32,000 nt of DNA from Candidatus Korarchaeum cryptofilum OPF8 (GCF_000019605.1 NC_010482.1:1080001-1112000), one strand, 5' to 3'. Positions 24,157 through 32,000 are shown, numbered from the stretch's first letter. Made by a program: numbers and translations. Notes: generated by a model not told the origin, from the letters alone.

Positions 24157-24745
24157 ATACGAAGAACTTACTCGGGAATGATCTGGTGCACTCCATGAAA
24201 TCATCCCCGAGCCCTACGTAAAGTTTCCACAGGGATATGAAGTCATCCATCGTTTTCTCCACATCTCTCGGGTCATCTAAGATAACTATATACTCTATGC
24301 TATTGTAAAGCTCCTCCTCGGTCAGGCTCAGAGATCCTATTATCGCCTGCTTCCCATCGACTATGTACATCTTCACCTTCTGGATGGATGAGTTCTTCTT
24401 GAGGATTAGGTAGTCCAGAGGAGGGCTAACCCAATCACCCCTTATCTCCCCTCTAGCGTTCCTCTCCGGTTTCAATGAGTTCTTTATGATGTTGACGGTC
24501 TCCTCATTCTTATAAGCGCTCGTTATGACCTTAATATCCACCCCCTTTTTAGAGAGATCTACGAGCTTCTGAGCATATTTCGGAGATAGGCTCGGGCTAC
24601 TGACCCAGAGTAACTTGTTAGCGCTGAAGATCATCAATTCGAGAAATGTGCCCAGGGACCTCCCTATGTATGTTCTCATACGAAGGGAGATATCGTGCAG
24701 TAAAATAAAAAAGATAATGAGTGAAGGAGCCTCCATTCCGTGCAT
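24143..24745 (-). CDS. PLD-superfamily (Nuc-like) single-domain protein with a non-canonical HKD motif
   Basis: 'FSANKLLWVSSPSLSPKYAQKLVDLSKKGVDIKVITS' and 'KVKMYIVDGKQAIIGSLSLT' follow the PLD/Nuc layout, but with Lys at the His position. The start is ATG 24745 (hydrophobic 'SLIIFFILL' N-terminus) or ATG 24679. Confidence 0.6.
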   Translation of the reverse strand: MHGMEAPSLIIFFILLHDISLRMRTYIGRSLGTFLELMIFSANKLLWVSSPSLSPKYAQKLVDLSKKGVDIKVITSAYKNEETVNIIKNSLKPERNARGEIRGDWVSPPLDYLILKKNSSIQKVKMYIVDGKQAIIGSLSLTEEELYNSIEYIVILDDPRDVEKTMDDFISLWKLYVGLGDDFMECTRSFPSKFFVSRMT

Positions 24746-24937
24746 ATAGGTGAGGGCCTCGGTTTATGTGTAAAGATAAATTTTAGATGATTCTAATAAG
24801 ATAATGTAATTTTTAATGGAAATGATGTTGCTATTAAAAATTTTAGTATATTGATTTATCCTCAACTCATTCTTAGATATAATACAACTTTCTATCAATG
24901 ATTATAAGTCTTCCATTAGAAGAACTGGGAGAAAACA

Positions 24938-24957
24938 GAAATATTTATATTTTTATC
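24938..24957 (+). promoter_or_regulatory. Candidate TATA/BRE region of the peptide ABC-transporter operon
   Basis: 'GAAATATTTATATTTTTATC' lies about 45-60 nt upstream of ATG 24999, which is itself preceded by AGGTGA at 24988-24993, inside a 250-nt AT-rich spacer. Confidence 0.4.
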
Positions 24958-24998
24958 TTGAGGTATACATATTACAAATCTCGGGATAGGTGATTCTC

Positions 24999-26840
24999 AT
25001 GAGTAGGAGAACCCTATTAGCGATACTGGGAGTGATAGTAGTAATTCTAATTGCGGCAGCTCTCTATTACGTAACGTTGCCGCCGACCAAGACTCCCACG
25101 CCAACTCCGACAGTGACAACACCAACTACTCCGACGCCAACTCCGACAAATACTACAACAGTGACGTCAGCTATCAAGAATCCCGATAAGCTCATAGAAG
25201 CGACTATAGGGGAACCGGAGACCCTCGACCCCGCCTGGGCCTACGACACAGCGAGTGGGGAAGTCATCTTCAATATGTATGAGACCCTCATATTCTTCGA
25301 TAGGGAGAGCGTGGATAAGTTCGTCCCCATGATCGCGACGCAGGTCCCATCCTTTGAGAACGGTCTCATCAAGGACAATGGCACTACGATAATATTCCCG
25401 ATAAGGAAGGGTATCAAATTCCACTCGGGAAGGGAGCTTACTCCGGAGGATGTCGAGTACTCGCTCGAGAGGGTCCTAGTGATGGACAGGGATGGAGGGC
25501 CCTCATGGATGCTCTTAGACCCGCTCCTGGGCGTTCAGTCGACGAGGGATGAGAAAGGGAACATAATTGTGAGTTTTGAGGATATAGATAAGGCTGTGGA
25601 AGTCCAGGGAGATAGCGTTGTGTTACATTTGAAGAAGCCATATCCCATCACCACGCTCTTCCAGATACTATCTCAGACTTGGAGCAGTATAGTTGATAAG
25701 CAGTGTGCGATAGCTCATGGAGACTGGGACGGTACTGAGAAGAACTGGACTAAGTATAACAACCCAGAGAACCCGCCCCTTCAGGAGGCGGACTGCGGCT
25801 CAGGTCCCTTCATGCTGGATAGGTGGGAGCATGGGAAGCAAGTGGTGCTGAAGAAGTTCGACCAGTACTGGCGCGGTCCCGCCAACTTCTCAGAGTTCAT
25901 AATAATGAAGGTAGATGAGTGGTCCACTAGGAAGCTAATGTTCCTCAGAGGCGATGTGGATATCGCTTATGTACCTAGGCAGAATATGAAGGAGGTTGAG
26001 GGAGAGCCTGGGATAAGGATAATCAAGAATCTACCTACTGTAACAAATGATGCCCTGTTCTTCAACTTCAACATATCCCCGACTTCCCCATACATAGGCA
26101 GCGGGAAGCTCGACGGTGAGGGCATACCGCCCAACTTCTTCCAGGATAAGAATGTAAGGCTCGCTTTCGTTCATTCCATAGACTATGATAAGTACATAGA
26201 GGAGGCCTGGTTCGGCGAGGCCATAAGGACTCCCGGCCCGATACCGCAGGGGCTACCTGGCTATTTCAAGGACATGCCTATGTACACCTTCGACCTGAAG
26301 AAAGCGGAGGAATACTTCAAGAAAGCATGGAACGGACAGCTTTGGGAGAAGGGGTTCAAGCTCACGATCCTTTACAATACTGGGAACGTTCAGAGGAAGA
26401 CGCTCGCTGAGATGATAAAGGATAAGGTGGAGAGCATAAACCCGAAGTTCAAGATAGAAGTTAGGGCAGTAGAGTGGCCCGAATATTTGAAGGCAATGGT
26501 CAGGGGAGAGTTACCTGTCTTTATAATAGGGTGGCTTGCTGACTATCCAGATCCCTATAACTTCGTCTTCCCATACATGCACTCCTCAGGGACCTTCGCG
26601 GCTTGGCAGAAGTACAAGAACGAGAGAGTAGACAAACTAGTTGAAGAATTGATAACGACTATAGATCCCAAGAAGAGGGAGGATATATGCAGGGAGCTCA
26701 CGAGCATATACTATGAGGACGTACCTAGCGTGATAGTGGATCAGCCCTTAGGAAGACACTATGAGAGAGATTGGGTGCATGGCTGGTACTACAACCCGAT
26801 CTACCCAGGAATCTACGCATACCCGTTATGGAAGGGCTGA
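24999..26840 (+). CDS. ABC transporter substrate-binding protein, family 5 (oligo/dipeptide type), N-terminally TM-anchored
   Basis: TM helix 'LLAILGVIVVILIAAALYYV', a Thr/Pro linker 'TKTPTPTPTVTTPTTPTPTPTNTTTV', then an SBP_bac_5-like body ('TLDPAWAYDTASGEVIFNMYETL', 'GWLADYPDPYNF'). It is the first gene of the opp-like operon. Confidence 0.9.
   Translation: MSRRTLLAILGVIVVILIAAALYYVTLPPTKTPTPTPTVTTPTTPTPTPTNTTTVTSAIKNPDKLIEATIGEPETLDPAWAYDTASGEVIFNMYETLIFFDRESVDKFVPMIATQVPSFENGLIKDNGTTIIFPIRKGIKFHSGRELTPEDVEYSLERVLVMDRDGGPSWMLLDPLLGVQSTRDEKGNIIVSFEDIDKAVEVQGDSVVLHLKKPYPITTLFQILSQTWSSIVDKQCAIAHGDWDGTEKNWTKYNNPENPPLQEADCGSGPFMLDRWEHGKQVVLKKFDQYWRGPANFSEFIIMKVDEWSTRKLMFLRGDVDIAYVPRQNMKEVEGEPGIRIIKNLPTVTNDALFFNFNISPTSPYIGSGKLDGEGIPPNFFQDKNVRLAFVHSIDYDKYIEEAWFGEAIRTPGPIPQGLPGYFKDMPMYTFDLKKAEEYFKKAWNGQLWEKGFKLTILYNTGNVQRKTLAEMIKDKVESINPKFKIEVRAVEWPEYLKAMVRGELPVFIIGWLADYPDPYNFVFPYMHSSGTFAAWQKYKNERVDKLVEELITTIDPKKREDICRELTSIYYEDVPSVIVDQPLGRHYERDWVHGWYYNPIYPGIYAYPLWKG
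25099..25149. repeat. Perfect 15-nt direct repeat (ACGCCAACTCCGACA) at 25099-25113 and 25135-25149, period 36 nt, coding
   Basis: Read directly from the sequence. It encodes repeated 'TPTPT' units in the Thr/Pro linker of the substrate-binding protein. Confidence 0.9.
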
Positions 26841-26849
26841 ATACTCCCC

Positions 26850-26881
26850 TTTATATTTTTTATTTTTTACAGTGTCTTTTT
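26850..26881 (+). terminator. Oligo-T tracts (T6, T6, T5) between the binding-protein and permease genes; candidate partial archaeal terminator or attenuator
   Basis: 'TTTATATTTTTTATTTTTTACAGTGTCTTTTT' lies directly after the SBP stop. Archaeal RNA polymerase terminates at oligo-T runs. Confidence 0.4.
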
Positions 26882-26934
26882 AGGGAGGTGGTACTCTGAG
26901 GTTAGTCACTTACATAATCAGGAGACTTCTCCTC

Positions 26935-27927
26935 ATGATACCTACGCTACTCGGGGTCTCGATCCTCGTATTCATTATATCGCTCGCTTTCACCCCAGAA
27001 CAGAGAGCTGCGCTTTATGTAACCTCCCCGAAGGGCGCAGCTAGGATCTATGAGATAATAGAGAAGTACGGGCTCAACAGACCTCCTCATGAACAGTACA
27101 TCACCTGGCTCTCAAACGTGCTCCAAGGTAACCTTGGTTACTCAAAATCCTTGAACATACCCGTGGCGAGAGCATTCGCGGAACTATGGCCAGTTTCGCT
27201 TGAGATCACGCTATATGCAGCTCCATTCATCGTGCTAGTCGGAATAAAACTCGGAAAAATATCAGCTATTCATAGAGACAAGCTCCCGGATCATATATCT
27301 AGAGTACTCGCGATAATTGGTTGGTCCCTCCCGATATTTTGGTCAGCTATAATCTTGCTAGCGGTATTTTACGGGGCTTTAGGTATATTTCCACCTGGGA
27401 GGCTGAGCCCTGAGGCTCAAGCCATTGTGAGGTCCCCGGGATGGGTTACTTACACTGGGCTATATACGATAGATGCCCTGCTGAACCGTAATCTCTTCGT
27501 CTTCTTCGATGCCCTGAGGCACCTCTTCCTACCCGTGCTTAACCTCGTCATAGTGGATAACGCGATAATAATGAGAGTGATGAGGTCCAGCATGCTGGAG
27601 GAACTTCACAAAGAGTATGTGATAGCGGCTAGGTCGAAGGGGGTCGATGAGGACGTCATAATAAACAAGCATGTCACGAGGAATGCCCTCATACCCGTCG
27701 TCACACTTGCCGGGATACTGACTGCTGGTCTCATGACGGGCCTCGTAATAACTGAGACTGTATTTGAGCTCAAGGGTATAGGTTACTGGGCCGCCCATGC
27801 CGCAGAGCAGCTGGATATACCTTCAGTCCTAGCATTCGCGCTATTCACCGGAGTGATCTTCGTGATAGCTAACTTGATAGTCGATGTGCTTTACGCATAC
27901 ATAGATCCGAGGGTGAGGCTTCAATGA
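26935..27927 (+). CDS. ABC transporter permease (OppB/DppB type); the true N-terminus probably lies upstream (from about 26896)
   Basis: The EAA-region 'SSMLEELHKEYVIAARSKG' and C-terminal 'DVLYAYIDPRVR' are present. The conserved family N-terminus 'RLVTYIIRRLLL' is encoded in frame upstream of the first ATG. Confidence 0.9.
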   Translation: MIPTLLGVSILVFIISLAFTPEQRAALYVTSPKGAARIYEIIEKYGLNRPPHEQYITWLSNVLQGNLGYSKSLNIPVARAFAELWPVSLEITLYAAPFIVLVGIKLGKISAIHRDKLPDHISRVLAIIGWSLPIFWSAIILLAVFYGALGIFPPGRLSPEAQAIVRSPGWVTYTGLYTIDALLNRNLFVFFDALRHLFLPVLNLVIVDNAIIMRVMRSSMLEELHKEYVIAARSKGVDEDVIINKHVTRNALIPVVTLAGILTAGLMTGLVITETVFELKGIGYWAAHAAEQLDIPSVLAFALFTGVIFVIANLIVDVLYAYIDPRVRLQ

Positions 27928-28853
27928 GCTCCTCAATTAAGAGAGTCCCGATAAGAGAGAGGTTTTGGTATAAAGAACTAGTCTTCATGCTTAAGAGGAT
28001 AAGAGAGAGCCCTCTTTCCCTGATAGGCACATCAATAATACTATTCTTCATACTACTGGCCGTTCTAGCGCCTTATATAGCCCCTCCGAGACCGGGCAGG
28101 GACCCTTTCGAGATACCGAGGTTCGGTTATGTTCCCACCCCTTCCCCTCCGAGTCCTGAGCATCCCTTCGGACTCACAGAAGGTCAGTATGATCTCTTCT
28201 ATGGTTGCGTTTGGGGGACGATAACTGCGTTCAGAGTCGGTTTCCTAGGAGTATCCGGCTCCCTCCTAATAGGGATCCTCGTGGGAGCTCTGGCCGGATA
28301 CTTCGGAGGTCTCCTAGACGATATACTTATGAGGATAGTTGACATAGTCTTCGCTATACCCGGCCTCATACTCGCGATGGCATTCGTGATAGCCTTAGGC
28401 CAGAGCCTCGATAACGTCATAATAGCGTTGATGCTCGTCGGTTGGCCTACATACGCGAGGCTAGTCAGGGCTGGAGTGCTCCAAGTCAAGGTGGAGGATT
28501 ACGTGGAAGCTGCTAGAGCGATGGGCTGCTCTCACTCCAGGATATTATTCAAGCATATACTACCGAACAGTATATTTTCTGTCTTCATTGTGGCGACTCT
28601 CGACATGGGGTCCATGGTACTCACGGCATCCGCTCTGAGCTTTCTCGGTATAGGAGCTCCTTTGGGCTATGCAGACTGGGGTCAGCTCATAGCCCTCTCA
28701 AGGAACTGGCTCCTCGGCGTTCCTGGAGATCCATTCGCGTACTGGTATACTTACACCTATCCAGGGATATTCATCTTCATGTTCGTGCTCGGGTGGAATC
28801 TCCTGGGAGATGCCTTCAGGGACATATTGGACCCGACCCTCAGGAGGAGGTGA
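27924..28853 (+). CDS. ABC transporter permease (OppC/DppC type)
   Basis: ATGA start/stop overlap with the preceding permease. 'VEAARAMGCSHSRILFKHILPN' and C-terminal 'LGDAFRDILDP' are present. Confidence 0.9.
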   Translation: MSSSIKRVPIRERFWYKELVFMLKRIRESPLSLIGTSIILFFILLAVLAPYIAPPRPGRDPFEIPRFGYVPTPSPPSPEHPFGLTEGQYDLFYGCVWGTITAFRVGFLGVSGSLLIGILVGALAGYFGGLLDDILMRIVDIVFAIPGLILAMAFVIALGQSLDNVIIALMLVGWPTYARLVRAGVLQVKVEDYVEAARAMGCSHSRILFKHILPNSIFSVFIVATLDMGSMVLTASALSFLGIGAPLGYADWGQLIALSRNWLLGVPGDPFAYWYTYTYPGIFIFMFVLGWNLLGDAFRDILDPTLRRR

Positions 28854-28857
28854 TCCC

Positions 28858-29970
28858 ATGAACGTTATAGAGGCGAGAGACCTTTATGTCAGATTCTACA
28901 CGTATGAGGGCGTAGTTAAAGCTGTAGATGGCGTAGATCTAGATGTCGTGAGCGGCGAGACTCTAGGCATCGTTGGTGAGACGGGTAGCGGGAAGTCAGT
29001 CACTACTTATGCGTTGATGAATATGGTCCCCCCACCCGGAAAGATCACGAGAGGGAGGGTTATCTATAGGAAGAAAGGAGTGGAATACGTGCTCACTGAG
29101 ATGCCAGAAAATGAGATCAGGAAGCTCAGAGGATCAGAGCTCGCTAGAATATTCCAGGATCCGGCAGCAGCATTAAATCCTGTCTATAAGGTAGGGGAGC
29201 AAGTTGCAGAGGCCATATTGATACATAGGCTAGATGAGATGAAGAAAAGGGCTCTGGAATCTGCGAAGGGATTCAGCAGGAATATATTGAGCAGATCTGA
29301 GGACGATTGGCTTGTTAAGTTCGTAAAGAGAATGCCATTACTCAGGAGATTCTACTGGGACCCGATAAAAGAGGAGACGAGGAAGGAAGTAGTCAGACTC
29401 CTCAGCCTAATGGGGATACCTGATCCCGAGAGAGTCTACTCCATGTACCCGCATGAGTTGAGTGGGGGAATGCAGCAGAGGATAGTTATAGCGATGGCTC
29501 TATCCTGCAATCCTCAGGTCCTTATAGCGGACGAACCGACGACGAACCTCGATGTGACTGTGGAAGCTCAGATACTGGAGCTTATAAAGGATCTCAAGGA
29601 GAAGTTCGGCACTACGCTCATCTATATAACGCATGATATGGGAGTTATCGCTGAGGTCTCAGACAGGGTTGCCGTGATGTATGCTGGGAATATCGTGGAG
29701 ATAGGGGATGTTTACTCCATATTCAAGGAGCCAATGCATCCCTATACTAAGGGGCTCCTCGAGTCCATACCAATGCCGGGGAGGCCCATAAAGGATATCC
29801 CTGGCTCCGTCCCGAATTTAGTGAACCCACCTCAGGGCTGCAGGTTTCATCCTAGATGCGAGAGGGCTATGAGCATATGCTCCACCAGGAAGCCTAAGCT
29901 AGTTCAGGTGAGACCTGGTAGGTGGGTAGCCTGCTTCCTCTATCATTCCGAGGGGGTTGAAGAGGAATGA
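28858..29970 (+). CDS. ABC transporter ATP-binding protein (OppD/DppD type)
   Basis: Walker A 'GETGSGKS', signature 'LSGGMQQR', Walker B 'LIADEPTT' and a C-terminal oligopeptide-type domain with 'GCRFHPRC'. ATG 28858 is preceded by GGAGGTGAT, and the track's 28810 start is rejected. Confidence 0.9.
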   Translation: MNVIEARDLYVRFYTYEGVVKAVDGVDLDVVSGETLGIVGETGSGKSVTTYALMNMVPPPGKITRGRVIYRKKGVEYVLTEMPENEIRKLRGSELARIFQDPAAALNPVYKVGEQVAEAILIHRLDEMKKRALESAKGFSRNILSRSEDDWLVKFVKRMPLLRRFYWDPIKEETRKEVVRLLSLMGIPDPERVYSMYPHELSGGMQQRIVIAMALSCNPQVLIADEPTTNLDVTVEAQILELIKDLKEKFGTTLIYITHDMGVIAEVSDRVAVMYAGNIVEIGDVYSIFKEPMHPYTKGLLESIPMPGRPIKDIPGSVPNLVNPPQGCRFHPRCERAMSICSTRKPKLVQVRPGRWVACFLYHSEGVEEE

Positions 29971-30983
29971 GTCTCGTAAGGACAGTAGGCTTGAAGAAAC
30001 ATTTTCCCGTACTAGGTGGAGTCTTGAAGAGGCCTGTGGCATGGGTTAAGGCGGTCGATGGAGTCGATCTCTGGATAAACAGGGGGGAGACCTTCGGGCT
30101 CGTTGGGGAATCGGGTTGCGGGAAGACTACTCTGGCGAAGACTATACTGAGGCTCCATAAACCTACCTCTGGCCATATATTCTTCGATGTCCCTGAGGAC
30201 GTCATAAGGAAGGTAACCTTGGGTGACGAGAAGCTCAGGAGAGAGTACGATCTAGCCCTTATGAACGGGAGGAAGCTCATGGAGTACAGGAGGAGGATGC
30301 AAATCGTCTTCCAAAATCCATTGACATCCCTGAACCCTAGAATGATGGTCAAGGATATAGTAGCTGAGCCTCTGATAGTCCAAGGAATAGCGAAGGGAGA
30401 CGAAGCTTATGAGATCGTCCTGAAAGCTTTGGAAGAAGTTGGGCTCGGGAGAGAGCATATGTGGCGTTACCCCCATGAGTTCTCGGGAGGCCAGAGGCAG
30501 AGGATAGCGATAGCTCGCGCTATAATAACAAAGCCGGATTTCATCGTGCTGGATGAGCCCACTTCCAGCGTGGATGTATCGGTCAGGGCTAGGCTCATAA
30601 ACTTGTTCAAGGAACTCCAGAGGAAGTACAACTTAACTTACCTCTTCATAAGCCATGATTTATCTCTGGTTCAAGTGGTAAGTGATAGAGTTGGTGTGAT
30701 GTATTTAGGAAAGCTTGTCGAAGTCGCGGACTCTAAGGAGATATTTGAGAGGCCACTACATCCCTATACTCAGGCATTGTTCTCAGCTAAACCGATCCCA
30801 GATCCCACAGTGAAGAGAAAGAGGATAGTGCTCCAGGGGGATGTCCCGAGCCCAGTGAATCCACCTAAGGGCTGCAGGTTCCATCCTAGATGCTTCAGGA
30901 GGTTTGATCCATGCGATAAGGAGGAGCCACCGCTCGTAGAGGCTGAGCCAAGGCACTGGGTAGCTTGCTATCTCTATCATTGA
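29967..30983 (+). CDS. ABC transporter ATP-binding protein (OppF/DppF type)
   Basis: ATGA overlap with oppD-like. Walker A 'GESGCGKT', signature 'FSGGQRQR', Walker B 'IVLDEPTS' and C-terminal 'GCRFHPRC'. Confidence 0.9.
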   Translation: MSLVRTVGLKKHFPVLGGVLKRPVAWVKAVDGVDLWINRGETFGLVGESGCGKTTLAKTILRLHKPTSGHIFFDVPEDVIRKVTLGDEKLRREYDLALMNGRKLMEYRRRMQIVFQNPLTSLNPRMMVKDIVAEPLIVQGIAKGDEAYEIVLKALEEVGLGREHMWRYPHEFSGGQRQRIAIARAIITKPDFIVLDEPTSSVDVSVRARLINLFKELQRKYNLTYLFISHDLSLVQVVSDRVGVMYLGKLVEVADSKEIFERPLHPYTQALFSAKPIPDPTVKRKRIVLQGDVPSPVNPPKGCRFHPRCFRRFDPCDKEEPPLVEAEPRHWVACYLYH

Positions 30984-31002
30984 TTCTACCGAAATGAGAA
31001 AA

Positions 31003-31038
31003 TTTTAAAGCTATCATATTTTTCATTAATAATTTTTG
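31003..31038 (+). terminator. Oligo-T tracts downstream of the last ABC gene (candidate operon terminator)
   Basis: 'TTTTAAAGCTATCATATTTTTCATTAATAATTTTTG' has two T5 runs within 55 nt of the stop. Confidence 0.35.
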
Positions 31039-31250
31039 GAGATTACACTAACATGAACCGGGTAAATTTCTAACGACAGACATTTTTATATACTCCACAG
31101 TTAAATTAACTTGAATTTGAGTATATTCGTATTTGATTAAAATTCATCGACTTCGTTCCCCATAAATCTTTAATGATAGGTTTACTCTATCGCTCCGGCT
31201 AGAAGTTTCAGTATATGTTTAAGAGATCCTCGTACTGCAAATGTTGTCGT

Positions 31251-32000
31251 ATGAGAATAAAGATCCTTCCCTCAAATGTTGACCTCGAAGTTGAGAGAGG
31301 CGAGATAATCGGAGAAGTGTTGAGTAGGGAGCTCGGATTCCCCCTACCGTGCGGCGGAGCTGGTTTCTGTGGCGGTTGCGCCGTTAGGATAATTGAGGGC
31401 GAAGTATCTGAACCGAGGATAGAGGAAGCGCTCTCCGGAGCTCTGGAGAGGGGGATGAGATTAGCTTGCATGACTAGAGTGTTGAGCGATGTCGTAGTGG
31501 AGATACCTGAAATAGTCCCTACTGCTTCAGTCTCGGGAATAATGCCTAAGCTGGAGCTAGATACATCGCACCTTCCTAATGCGCGCGGCCTAGGTCTAGC
31601 TGTGGACCTGGGGACTACTAACATAGTCGGTTCCCTTATCGAGCTCAGTAGCGGGAAGGTAATAGCTGAGAGCTTCGTCAGGAACCCTCAGATCGCTAAG
31701 GGGAGCGATCTAATCACTAGGATCGAGAGGGCGATGAGGGGGGAGGATATGGGGCCCCTAGCTGTGGAGGGGATCGAATCCCTCATATCCAAACTAACCG
31801 GGGATAGGGAGAGGATATGCTCCCTGATTATAGTCGCCAATTCCGTCATGCAAGCCTTACTGCTGGACCTAGATATAAGATCCCTCTCCTCAGCCCCCTT
31901 CGATCCTCCCCTGAAGGACTGGCTGACAGTTCCAGCTCTCGAGATAGGAATAGAGCTGCCCGAAGCTATTGCTATAATTCCGCCCGCGATAGGCGGCTTC
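31251..32000 (+). CDS. 2Fe-2S ferredoxin-domain / ASKHA-fold protein (COG3894, DUF4445; RACo-like corrinoid reductive-activase family), 3'-truncated by the window edge
   Basis: My own translation gives 'MRIKILPSNVDLEVERGEIIGEVLSRELGFPLPCGGAGFCGGCAVRIIEG...RLACMTRVLSDVVVEIPE' (plant-type 2Fe-2S Cys pattern). It continues with 'GLGLAVDLGTTNIVGSLIELSSGKVIAE' (ASKHA phosphate-1 motif). The frame stays open to nt 32000. The ORF is absent from the track because it has no stop in the window. An alternative in-frame ATG lies at 31215. Confidence 0.8.
   Translation, partial: MRIKILPSNVDLEVERGEIIGEVLSRELGFPLPCGGAGFCGGCAVRIIEGEVSEPRIEEALSGALERGMRLACMTRVLSDVVVEIPEIVPTASVSGIMPKLELDTSHLPNARGLGLAVDLGTTNIVGSLIELSSGKVIAESFVRNPQIAKGSDLITRIERAMRGEDMGPLAVEGIESLISKLTGDRERICSLIIVANSVMQALLLDLDIRSLSSAPFDPPLKDWLTVPALEIGIELPEAIAIIPPAIGGF

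Noticed and set aside
24840-24930. C/D-box sRNA-like words (ATGATGT at about 24852; also CTGATGA at about 10779 in the spacer upstream of the prenyl synthase).
   Set aside because: There is no matching D box (CTGA) at 50-70 nt, no C'/D' pair and no terminal stem. This is chance similarity in AT-rich DNA.
28810-28857. An OppD-like start at 28810 (track), overlapping the permease by 44 nt.
   Set aside because: ATG 28858 is preceded by GGAGGTGAT at ideal spacing and yields the canonical 'MNVIEARDLYVRF' N-terminus.
29835-30900. Near-identical ~30-nt segments in the two ATPase genes ('GGCTGCAGGTT(T/C)CATCCTAGATGC'), considered as a dispersed repeat.
   Set aside because: They are explained by paralogy and strong conservation of the 'GCRFHPRC' motif, and are not an independent repeat element.
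31208-31624. A minus-strand 138-aa ORF from the track.
   Set aside because: It is a shadow of the plus-strand 2Fe-2S/ASKHA gene, which has clear family motifs. The antisense product is low-complexity (Ser/Pro/Leu-rich).

Overview
This is a gene-dense (about 90% coding) chromosomal segment from a hyperthermophilic archaeon. The supporting markers are reverse gyrase, a GHMP-type archaeal shikimate kinase, an archaeal-type GluRS, XPD and Lhr helicases, AT-rich TATA-like boxes about 25-45 nt upstream of starts, GGAGGTG Shine-Dalgarno motifs and AGG/ATA-rich codon usage. The style resembles Korarchaeota/Thermoproteota, but I cannot assign a taxon from sequence alone. I support 26 CDS. In map order they are: reverse gyrase (5'-truncated by the window edge), a 950-aa surface protein, GluRS, an RsmF/Trm4-like m5C RNA methyltransferase with a separately encoded PUA-like domain, IMPDH and a polyprenyl (GGPP-type) synthase. 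Next come a cytoplasmic Mo/W-bisPGD oxidoreductase with a divergent small ferredoxin, an Lhr helicase and a 4x[4Fe-4S] protein with a tungsten AOR-family enzyme. A three-gene minus-strand operon follows (DMRL-synthase-fold protein, COG1407-type metallophosphoesterase, HAD phosphatase), then XPD, shikimate kinase with shikimate dehydrogenase, a MetE-catalytic-domain homolog and a PLD-like protein. The window ends with a five-gene Opp/Dpp-type peptide ABC transporter and a 3'-truncated 2Fe-2S/ASKHA (RACo-like) gene that the ORF track misses. I found no rRNA, tRNA, CRISPR array, transposase, integrase or recognisable defence system. Most of the window is housekeeping. The best candidates for something undescribed are the bitopic beta-propeller surface protein with a 232-aa cytoplasmic tail and the translationally coupled nuclease/phosphatase operon next to XPD and near Lhr. 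Both are hypotheses built from motifs, not database hits. Smaller oddities are a probable non-canonical start for the first permease, a split RsmF architecture, a ferredoxin lacking its third Cys ligand, a PLD domain with Lys in place of the HKD histidine, and six of six convergent gene pairs with 5 nt or less (or negative) spacing.
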